A DNA stretch of 32,000 bases, taken from Candidatus Kuenenia stuttgartensis. Lineage in GTDB: Bacteria > Planctomycetota > Brocadiia > Brocadiales > Brocadiaceae. The notes under the pieces are model-generated. The model did not search any database and had not been told where the DNA came from. It saw only the letters and a list, made by a program, of their open reading frames with translations. A program made the translations under genes and the position numbers. Positions 18,513-26,174 of this stretch are shown one piece after another; positions within the stretch are counted from its first letter, which is position 1; every line of letters begins with the position of its first letter. The stretch spans positions 3,870,001 to 3,902,000 of the forward strand of contig NZ_LT934425.1 in assembly GCF_900232105.1 (NCBI RefSeq), given 5' to 3'.

Positions 18513-18866
18513 ATGCATCTACGTCCGATTATTCATTTCAAAAATTGCGATATGATGGCTTACTAAGCATAAGGGGTGTAATTATTTGAGATAAGGCTTG
18601 GAAATGTTTTTCAGCAAGCACCGCAATTCTATGCATCATTAAACTTCATATATACTTAGTTTCTCGATCTAATTCTTCATAAGTGGTAAAATTAATGGGT
18701 TTGGCAGATGTACTAAAGATAAATTATCATTAAAAAGGTTTGTGGTGATGCTATACGAGTATCGATTGTTGTGATTGGGTTAAGTTTTATTGTTTTAGGA
18801 GTTTCATATTTTTTAAGATTTTAATAGTTTAAGGTTATTTTTTGATTATGTGAAAGGAGCATTTAG

Positions 18867-19577
18867 ATGTTAAGAGGAAGAGTTTACAAGTCATTATTTG
18901 GTGGTTTGGTAATTTCATTTTGTTCTATTTCATTTGCAGTATCTGCGAAAGCAGCTGAGCCTAAATTTGTTAGTAATGCCGGCTGTAAGTGTCACATGTC
19001 TAAGGGATGTTATGAAGGGGAAGAATACAAAGAGAGATTGCATTCAAATACTTGGGAAAAAAGGTTGCAGGGGACAGCGGACGAAGATAATCCTGAATGT
19101 TTGAAGTGTCATGCAACGGCTGTGGGAGCGAAAATTAAGAAAAAATTTGGGGATAAAAAATATTTGCCAAATGTGCAGTGTGAGGCGTGCCACGGTGCCG
19201 GAGAAGAATATGAAAAGGTGAAGAAAAACTATCAGGGAAAGGGAAAGGACGCCTTTAAAGAATTGTTAAAGAAAGACCCTCTTCTTGCAAGAAAAGCACA
19301 ATATGACGCCGGCTTGATTGTTGCGGGCATAAATGGACCTGCTACGGTGAAAGAACAATGTCTGCAATGCCACTGGGAGAGCGCTGATGCTAAGAACAAG
19401 TGTCCTAAAACAGATAAAGTGATGGATTATAAAGAATATTTTAAGAAGGATGACCACCGCGACGAAGATGATATTGACCTTGTAATTAAGAAGCTCTCTG
19501 ATGCAGATAAGAAGAAATGGGCGGACATCTTGCCTAAAGACGATATGCTTTATTTGCCCTATAAGAAAAAACATTGA
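18867..19577 (+). CDS. secreted tetrahaem c-type cytochrome (3 CXXCH plus 1 contracted CKCH); putative HZS redox partner
   Basis: The signal peptide is (…SFAVSAKA/AEP). Haem motifs are CKCH (C40-H43), CLKCH, CEACH and CLQCH. A strong SD (GAAAGGAG) precedes the gene, which is the first in the same-strand cluster leading to hydrazine synthase. I recall the equivalent Kuenenia gene as kuste2854. Confidence 0.9.
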   Translation: MLRGRVYKSLFGGLVISFCSISFAVSAKAAEPKFVSNAGCKCHMSKGCYEGEEYKERLHSNTWEKRLQGTADEDNPECLKCHATAVGAKIKKKFGDKKYLPNVQCEACHGAGEEYEKVKKNYQGKGKDAFKELLKKDPLLARKAQYDAGLIVAGINGPATVKEQCLQCHWESADAKNKCPKTDKVMDYKEYFKKDDHRDEDDIDLVIKKLSDADKKKWADILPKDDMLYLPYKKKH

Positions 19578-19656
19578 TGGGTTTTGAGTTGTTACTTGAG
19601 TTATTATATCCCGATGGGTACCCCCAGTGTGGGAAAGGGACAGGAAGAGAAAGATT

Positions 19657-20700
19657 ATGAAATTAAAACAATTACTACGATTTATTAGACCGGGGTGTTT
19701 TTTCTTTATTGCTCTTGTTTCTGTAATAGGATTATGTTCTCGGGCCGCAGTACTGATTGCGGCCGAGAACGAAACATGTTATGGTTGTCATGCAGATCCG
19801 GAAAAAATAGAAAAGACCGAGAAGGCTAGGATTGACCCGGTTACGGGTGAAATTGAAGTTGTTTCTTTGATGATTGATAGGGAGGTTTTTGATAAAACTG
19901 CACATGGTGGAACAGACTTTTCCTGTACAGATTGCCATGCTTCATTGGAAGAGGCCGAAGATGATGACATTGCGGAAAATGGGCACAAACCTAATCTTAC
20001 GCCTGTTGACTGTATAACATTTTGTCATGACGACCCTGCTGCGGAATATTATGAAAGTAAGCATGTTAAGTTGATGAAGGAGAATGATAAGGACGTACCT
20101 ACGTGCAAGCATTGTCATGGAGGGGTTACTTATCATTTTTCTATATACGGAGAAAAAGCCCCGATGAATGTTCTTAGGGAAACTGACCCGCTACACAGAA
20201 AGTTGACAATAGATACATGTGGTTCTTGTCATGAAGAGCATCTTGCCAGCTATAGGAATAACGCACATGGTCAGGTTACTGCGCTTGGACATACCGCAAC
20301 GGATGTGCCTGTATGCTTTGATTGTCATGGAAAACACACTATTCTCAACTCGTCAGAACCTGAGTCTATGGTTGGACAAGACAACATAATTAAAACATGC
20401 GGTAGTTGTCACGCAAATGCAAATGCAAGCTTCGTGAAACATGTTGAACATCCTCAGATAAAAAATTTAAATTATTACAAGACCTTGCTTGCTGCAGCAA
20501 AAAATTATCGCAAAGATCCTGAAGCGTTGAAGAAAGTAGTTAAAAATCCCCAAACAATCCTATGTATTGTGTTTGTGGCGTATATTGGTATTCTAGCTTT
20601 AACATTTACCAAGTTTGGGCTCCATTCATTGTTAGGCTGGTTTGCTACAGTTCGTGACGAGTTTAGGAGAAAGGGGCATTCCGATGAAGAGCAACACTAA
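19657..20700 (+). CDS. membrane-anchored heptahaem c-type cytochrome (6 CXXCH plus 1 CX3CH)
   Basis: An N-terminal hydrophobic signal or anchor is present. Motifs are CYGCH, CTDCH, CITFCH (three residues between the Cys), CKHCH, CGSCH, CFDCH and CGSCH, with a C-terminal TM helix ILCIVFVAYIGILALTF. ATG 19657 is preferred over the track's GTG 19627. Confidence 0.9.
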   Translation: MKLKQLLRFIRPGCFFFIALVSVIGLCSRAAVLIAAENETCYGCHADPEKIEKTEKARIDPVTGEIEVVSLMIDREVFDKTAHGGTDFSCTDCHASLEEAEDDDIAENGHKPNLTPVDCITFCHDDPAAEYYESKHVKLMKENDKDVPTCKHCHGGVTYHFSIYGEKAPMNVLRETDPLHRKLTIDTCGSCHEEHLASYRNNAHGQVTALGHTATDVPVCFDCHGKHTILNSSEPESMVGQDNIIKTCGSCHANANASFVKHVEHPQIKNLNYYKTLLAAAKNYRKDPEALKKVVKNPQTILCIVFVAYIGILALTFTKFGLHSLLGWFATVRDEFRRKGHSDEEQH

Positions 20701-21529
20701 TTATTTAAGATTTACGCTGTTTCATAGATTCTGTCATTTTTTAACGATTATTAGTTTTTTTGGGCTAGTCTTGACTGGCTTACCACTCGCCTTTAGCGGT
20801 TATGATTGGGGGAGGTGGTTGTACGAGTTGTTTGGCGGATATCCTACGGCAGGATATATTCACAGGGTCAGCGCCTTAATCACTTTCTTTGCTGGTTTTT
20901 TACATTTCGCGTGGCTGTTTTTCAATGTATCTATTAAAAAGAAGAAAGGTTTTTTTTGGGGACCTAATTCAATGCTTTTGCAACCAAGAGATCTTTTTGA
21001 TGTAATAGCAGACATCAAATGGTTTATTGGTATTGGCAAAAGGCCGAATTTTGATAGATGGATTTATTGGGAAAAGTTTGAATATCTCTCTTTGATGTGG
21101 GGAACTATTGTTATGGCCGCTACCGGCTTAATTCTTTGGTTTCCTGTTCAGTTTACAAAAATTATTCCCGTTTCGGTTGCCAGCATCTTCGATATCCCCG
21201 GTATTGCGTTGATTATCCATCGATATGAAGCAATACTGGCGGCTGTTTTTATTTTCACAATTCATTTCATTCACACGCACTTACTGCCTGAAAAAATGCC
21301 AGTAGATGAATCGATATTTACAGGGAGAATAACGGAGGCTGAGTTTAAACATGAGCGCCTTGGTGAATATGAAAGGCTAAAAAATCAAAGACAGTTGGAT
21401 AGTTTTAAGGTAGCGCCTCCATCTCTTTTCGCAAAATTTTTATCAAGGCTGATTGCTGTACCACTTTTGATCACTGGGTTAATATTGGTGAGTCTGATGG
21501 TCTCTGCGCTTGTTGTTTGGGCGCTATAG
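20684..21529 (+). CDS. cytochrome b-like integral membrane protein (FdnI / Ni-Fe-hydrogenase cytochrome b type), probable quinol-interacting subunit
   Basis: About five predicted TM helices carry conserved His residues (HRFCHF, IHRVSALITFFAGFLH, IIHRYEA, TIHFIHTH). ATG 20684 has an SD (AGGAGAAAGGGG) and overlaps the heptahaem gene's stop by 17 nt, which suggests translational coupling. Confidence 0.8.
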   Translation: MKSNTNYLRFTLFHRFCHFLTIISFFGLVLTGLPLAFSGYDWGRWLYELFGGYPTAGYIHRVSALITFFAGFLHFAWLFFNVSIKKKKGFFWGPNSMLLQPRDLFDVIADIKWFIGIGKRPNFDRWIYWEKFEYLSLMWGTIVMAATGLILWFPVQFTKIIPVSVASIFDIPGIALIIHRYEAILAAVFIFTIHFIHTHLLPEKMPVDESIFTGRITEAEFKHERLGEYERLKNQRQLDSFKVAPPSLFAKFLSRLIAVPLLITGLILVSLMVSALVVWAL

Positions 21530-21611
21530 TAGATAAAAATTTTGTAGCAGGCGGATGCTATACTGTTAAGTCCGAATCAATTAAATGCTTGATATATTTC
21601 AAGGTGGAATA

Positions 21612-23003
21612 ATGACTTACAGGGTATTAATAGCTGATGATGAAGAACGCATGCGACGCGTGCTAACGATGATATTCGAGGAGATGAAAGATGTTAAAGT
21701 TGTTGCGGGAAACAGCTTTGAGGATGTCCTCCGCTATTTAGATAAAGAGAGGTTTCACCTTTTAATTACAGACCTAAAGGTTCCTGGCAGTAATAGTATC
21801 GATTTTATCAGGGCGGTGAAAAATAAGGTAGCGGATATCCCAATCATCGTGTTGACCGCTTATGGTTCTGTTGGTTTTGCCATTGACATTATGAAGGAAG
21901 GCGTCTTTGATTATCTGGTTGCGCCTTTCGATAACGATATTTTAGAATTGGCGGTAAAAAGAGCTTTAAAAGTAAGCTCATTGACTATTGAAAATAAAAA
22001 CCTACGCAAGGCGTTAGAGTTGCAATATAACTTTGGGAATATTATCGGCAACTCTCCAAGTGTTGTTGAAACATTGCGGCTGGTAGGCGAAGTTACAAGA
22101 ACCGACTCCACCGTTCTGGTCACTGGTGAAAGTGGTACAGGTAAAGAGCTGGTGTCAAGAGCGATACATTACAACAGCGATAGAAAGTGTGGTCCCTTTG
22201 TGGCGCTTAATTGTGCTGCAATTCCTGAGAATTTACTAGAAAGTGAATTGTTTGGCTACGAAAAAGGGGCATTTACAGGAGCTGAAAAGACTAAGAAGGG
22301 ACGATTTGAGTTAGCCGCTGGCGGGACTTTTTTTTTGGATGAAATTTCCGAGATGTCTGCGGCAGTACAGGCAAAAGTTCTTAGAATAATTGAATCGAAA
22401 GAGCTGGAACGGCTTGGTGGTACGGATACGATAAAGGTTGATGTCCGGATTATATGTGCAACAAATAGAGACCTTGTACAGATGGTAAAAGAGGGAAAGT
22501 TTCGGGATGATCTCTATTACCGCATCAGCGTCTTTCCAATAATGCTGCCCGCTTTAAGGGAGAGAAGTGGGGATATTATCCCGCTGAGCAAACATTTTGT
22601 TAATCATTTTTCAGCAAAAATGGGCAAGACTCCGATTGTATTAAGTTCTGAAGTTGAAAAGATATTAATAAAGCACAAATGGGAAGGTAACATAAGAGAA
22701 TTGCAAAACATTATTGAACGCGCAGTAATTTTGTGTAAAAACGGCGTTATAAGAACAGAGCATCTTCCTACTTCTATTGTGCATGGTTACACCCCTCCGG
22801 AATTAAATGAAAACATTTCACAAAATAATTCCGTTAATTTTGACATACCACCTAATGGCCTGTCGCTTGACGATCTGGAAAAACAATTAGTTGCGAAAGC
22901 ATTAGAAAGAAGCAAAAACAACATCACAAAAGCCGCAAAACTTTTGGGATTAACACGAGGGACATTCCGCTATCGGTTGCAGAAATATGGAATATCAAAT
23001 TAG
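21612..23003 (+). CDS. sigma-54-dependent Fis-family transcriptional activator (NtrC-type response regulator) with an atypical receiver domain
   Basis: The receiver has ADDE and ITDLKVPG. The AAA+ domain has GESGTGKE, the sigma-54 contact loop GAFTGA and FFLDEI, and the C-terminus is a Fis-type HTH (ITKAAKLLGLTRGTFRYRLQKYGI). The start at ATG 21612 follows AAGGTGGA. Confidence 0.95.
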   Translation: MTYRVLIADDEERMRRVLTMIFEEMKDVKVVAGNSFEDVLRYLDKERFHLLITDLKVPGSNSIDFIRAVKNKVADIPIIVLTAYGSVGFAIDIMKEGVFDYLVAPFDNDILELAVKRALKVSSLTIENKNLRKALELQYNFGNIIGNSPSVVETLRLVGEVTRTDSTVLVTGESGTGKELVSRAIHYNSDRKCGPFVALNCAAIPENLLESELFGYEKGAFTGAEKTKKGRFELAAGGTFFLDEISEMSAAVQAKVLRIIESKELERLGGTDTIKVDVRIICATNRDLVQMVKEGKFRDDLYYRISVFPIMLPALRERSGDIIPLSKHFVNHFSAKMGKTPIVLSSEVEKILIKHKWEGNIRELQNIIERAVILCKNGVIRTEHLPTSIVHGYTPPELNENISQNNSVNFDIPPNGLSLDDLEKQLVAKALERSKNNITKAAKLLGLTRGTFRYRLQKYGISN

Positions 23004-23174
23004 CAAGACATTGCGCATTTAACATCAAAGTATGTCAAATTTGCAATAATAAGCTATGTAAAATGGCTGATAACTGCCGTTAAAAATGACTTGTGTTAAG
23101 AGCATCAAAGTGTCTGTGTGTACAAGTAATTGTTTCTTCATATATTATGGACAATGTACAAATTGTTCAGTTGT

Positions 23175-23190
23175 TGGTATGAATTGTGCT
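23175..23190 (+). promoter_or_regulatory. candidate sigma-54 (-24/-12) promoter upstream of the Cys-rich ORF and hzs genes
   Basis: TGGTATGAATTGTGCT has GG at 23176-77 and GC at 23188-89 with the canonical 12-nt offset. It matches 9 of 12 specified positions of TGGCACG-N4-TTGCW, lies 71 nt before ATG 23261, and sits directly downstream of a sigma-54 activator gene. Confidence 0.45.
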
Positions 23191-23260
23191 TAGTTCTTTT
23201 GTCGTGCAAATTTTAAATCAGTAGTTTTTTATAAAATTAAGGAGAGGGGGTGAAAGTGAA

Positions 23261-23806
23261 ATGAAGAAAGGTATTATAGTTTTGCTGGGTATTTTTAGTA
23301 TGTTATTTGCCGTAGTACATTCTAGTTATGCTTTGTGGGACAAGCCTTGTGGTAAGAGGCAGATTATGGAGGTTTACTACTGTAAGGATTGCAAAGAGGT
23401 CCGAGAGTTTGATGAATGTTCTGAGATTGGTTACATATGGGATTTCAAGGCACACAAAGACGCTGGTGATAAAAAACATACTAGTCTTCCTTCAGCATGG
23501 GGATGTCAGAAAATTGCTTATAGCTGTATAAACACTGCCTGTGAAGCATATGGCAAATGCATACCGCATCCTGGCATTTGCGAAATATGTATGGATGATA
23601 TTACCAGCACTAAGGTATGGTCAAGAGTAACATTTAAATGCCCTAAATGTGGTACAGAATATGAAGAACCCGGCAAAAATTTTAAGGTGAAGGAAGGCTT
23701 ACACCCTGCACAGTTGCAAACAGGTGGAGAATGTGAAGCTTGTGGCGGCGTTGAACTTGAAATCGTATGCGAGAAGTCCGGTACATGCCCACATGTTGAA
23801 AGATAA
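23261..23806 (+). CDS. secreted cysteine-rich protein of unknown function (16 Cys, four CXXC pairs, no CXXCH)
   Basis: 181 aa. The signal peptide is MKKGIIVLLGIFSMLFAVVHSSYA, with a strong SD (AAGGAGAGGGGG). CKDC, CEIC, CPKC and CEAC pairs suggest zinc-ribbon-like knuckles. The gene lies immediately upstream of the hydrazine synthase genes. Confidence 0.8.
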   Translation: MKKGIIVLLGIFSMLFAVVHSSYALWDKPCGKRQIMEVYYCKDCKEVREFDECSEIGYIWDFKAHKDAGDKKHTSLPSAWGCQKIAYSCINTACEAYGKCIPHPGICEICMDDITSTKVWSRVTFKCPKCGTEYEEPGKNFKVKEGLHPAQLQTGGECEACGGVELEIVCEKSGTCPHVER

Positions 23807-23836
23807 TTCAGTAATAGATTTTATGATCATTTTTAT

Positions 23837-24997
23837 GTGGTGATTAGGAGGAAAATGAATAAGATGATACGAAAGGGAATGATAGGAGCGGTGATGCTTG
23901 GAGCTGCGGTAGCGATAAGTGGCGGAGTAGCGACTGCGGGGTATATACAGGGTACGCATGTAAAGACGGATTTACCCGGGCCGTTTCACATAACGATGTC
24001 GCCGGATGGTAGTACGTTATTTATATCGAATCAATCTGGGCACAGTGTAACGTTTGTGGATGCAAGGACGCAGAAGGTAACGGGTGAGGTCGCTGTGAGG
24101 GTACAGCCTGAGGCTTCAGCGGTTACGCCTGACGGGGCATTTTTGTATGTATGTAATGCAGAGAGCGACAGTGTATCGGTAGTGGACATACAGAGGAAGC
24201 AGGAGATCAAGGAGATAAAGGTAGGTGACTGGCCGAGCGGGATCAAGATTTCGCCTGATGGCAAGACTGCCTATGTTGCATGTTCCGGTTGCATGTGGAA
24301 CGCGATTGATGTAATTGATACGGGGAGGATGGAGAAGGTAAGGTCGATATATACTTCAGATTACGGTCCCAGGATGGTGGAGATATCTCCTGATGGGAAG
24401 ACCCTTGTTGCGATACTTGACACGGTAGGATCGATCAACCGGAGCGTTGATTTTATTGACATTGCCAGTGGCAGGGTAGTAGAGAACAGGGTAATCCATG
24501 AGAGTTCCAACCTGAGGGATGTTGTATATACGCCGGATGGTAAATACATAGCTGTAACCCACCAGACGCCGAAGAACTGGTTGCCGGTATGTGAAGCGGA
24601 GAATGGTCAGGTATTTACGAACAACGTAACAATCATAGAGACCAAGGCCGGTGGTAAGGTAGCGAGATTACCGTTGGACGATCTCAACAATTACGATGGC
24701 AATCCGTATGGTATGGCGATGGACCCTAAGGGCAAGTATTTGTACATTGGGGTAAGAGGGATGCATCGTGTAACGATACTGGATATGGATAAGGTATTGG
24801 GTCTGGTGAGGAGCAGCACGCAGGAGGAGCTTGATTATCTGAGGGACGACCTTGGGTTGGTAAGAGATTATCTTGTTGCCAGGGTTCCTACGGGTCTGGG
24901 GCCAAGTTCGGTATGTTTATCACCTGACGGCAAATTTTGTTATGCGGCCAACTATTTTTCCAACAATGTAACCGTGATAAGGACTGCGGTTGATTAA
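23837..24997 (+). CDS. hzsB: hydrazine synthase beta subunit (seven-bladed YVTN-type beta-propeller)
   Basis: A signal peptide is followed by seven blade signatures (MSPDGSTLF, VTPDGAFLY, ISPDGKTAY, ISPDGKTLV, YTPDGKYIA, MDPKGKYLY, LSPDGKFCY). ATG 23855, directly after AGGAGG, or ATG 23864 are more likely starts than GTG 23837. The B/C gene naming is inconsistent in the literature; here B means the propeller subunit. Confidence 0.9.
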   Translation: MVIRRKMNKMIRKGMIGAVMLGAAVAISGGVATAGYIQGTHVKTDLPGPFHITMSPDGSTLFISNQSGHSVTFVDARTQKVTGEVAVRVQPEASAVTPDGAFLYVCNAESDSVSVVDIQRKQEIKEIKVGDWPSGIKISPDGKTAYVACSGCMWNAIDVIDTGRMEKVRSIYTSDYGPRMVEISPDGKTLVAILDTVGSINRSVDFIDIASGRVVENRVIHESSNLRDVVYTPDGKYIAVTHQTPKNWLPVCEAENGQVFTNNVTIIETKAGGKVARLPLDDLNNYDGNPYGMAMDPKGKYLYIGVRGMHRVTILDMDKVLGLVRSSTQEELDYLRDDLGLVRDYLVARVPTGLGPSSVCLSPDGKFCYAANYFSNNVTVIRTAVD

Positions 24998-25039
24998 GGA
25001 TTGTATGGAGTGTGAGAGTTATTTATTTTTGGAAAACAA

Positions 25040-26101
25040 ATGGCAAGAGAAATGAGATTAGGAGGAAAAGAAAGAATGAAGACAGGAGTAGTGAAAATAG
25101 GATTAGTTGCGGCCCTGGGGGTAGTGGGGCTGATATCGGCGGGCGGCGTATATGCCGGTCAGCCGCGGGTAATTTCCACGATCCAGACGGGAGCTACGTG
25201 GGAACCGCTGGGAAGGGAAGAACCTTTGACGGTGCCGGAAGTGCATTTCCGTGTAAAGCATTCACCTTTTAAGAGTGAGCTGGTAAGATACGGGCAGTTC
25301 CAGTTTAACGATGCAGCGTGGAGTTTGCAGGGATCATACTCATGCGCCAGTTGTCATTATGAGAGAGGCCAGACAACCGGTTTGATTTGGGATTTGGGAG
25401 ATGAAGGATGGGGTAGCTGGAAGAACACGAAGTATATTCGTGGCGGCCGATATCTTCCTCCGTTCAGGCATGAGGGGTTCACTGGTCATCCTGATGAAAT
25501 AGTAGGGGCAACCAGTTCACTTGACAGGGTATGTGGAAGGGATCCTGGATTTGTGTTCAGGAGTGAGAATTTTTCTCCGATGAGATTAGAGGCGCTCATT
25601 TGTTACATCAGGGCGTTGGAATTTACCGGGAGTCCATTCAGGAATGCGGATGGAAGTTTAACCGAAGCCCAGAAGAGGGGTCAGAAGATATTTGAGGATC
25701 CGAAGGTAGGATGTCTTGAGTGTCATCCTGGCGATCCGATGGATCCGAGGGCATTGTTCAGTGATGCACAGACGCATGATGTAGGAACCGGCAGGGTAGG
25801 TGTAAATGGTTTCAGGTCAACACCTGGGAAGGTATTTAACATATCGGCGTTAGAGGCAGGTGAGGATCCATATGGTGTTGAGAGCAACACACCAATCATT
25901 GGATTGGATCTTGTGAAGGAATTTGATACGCCGACATTGAGAGACATCTATGCATCAGGCACCTATTTCCATGATGGTGGTGCAAGGACATTGATGGACA
26001 CCATAAACAACACGGTAAATGATAAGGACATGCATGGAAGGACGTCTCATTTAAAGCAGCAGGAGCTCCAGGATTTGGTGGAGTACCTGAAGGCGTTATA
26101 A
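25040..26101 (+). CDS. hzsC: hydrazine synthase gamma subunit (dihaem, cytochrome c peroxidase/MauG-like)
   Basis: Two CXXCH motifs are present (CASCH, CLECH), along with a signal peptide. Numbered from ATG 25040, Cys165 (tgt 25532-25534) coincides with the extra haem-linked cysteine I recall from the Kuenenia HZS structure. An alternative start is ATG 25076, after AGGAGG. Confidence 0.9.
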   Translation: MAREMRLGGKERMKTGVVKIGLVAALGVVGLISAGGVYAGQPRVISTIQTGATWEPLGREEPLTVPEVHFRVKHSPFKSELVRYGQFQFNDAAWSLQGSYSCASCHYERGQTTGLIWDLGDEGWGSWKNTKYIRGGRYLPPFRHEGFTGHPDEIVGATSSLDRVCGRDPGFVFRSENFSPMRLEALICYIRALEFTGSPFRNADGSLTEAQKRGQKIFEDPKVGCLECHPGDPMDPRALFSDAQTHDVGTGRVGVNGFRSTPGKVFNISALEAGEDPYGVESNTPIIGLDLVKEFDTPTLRDIYASGTYFHDGGARTLMDTINNTVNDKDMHGRTSHLKQQELQDLVEYLKAL

Positions 26102-26174
26102 GAGAGAAGTGTATGAATGTGTAGTATAAGCGATAAAAATTTAAGGACAATAAGTGAAAGGAGAAGGCCAATAG

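Noticed and set aside
23837-24997. Periodic SPDG/TPDG-encoding repeats as possible DNA tandem repeats
   Set aside because: The periodicity is at the protein level (seven propeller blades of about 45-55 aa). The nucleotide sequences of the blades are not repeated.
25012-25272. 86-aa ORF overlapping the start of the gamma-subunit gene in another frame
   Set aside because: Its composition is Arg/Gly-rich, typical of an alternate frame. The overlapping frame encodes a signal peptide and conserved haem protein.
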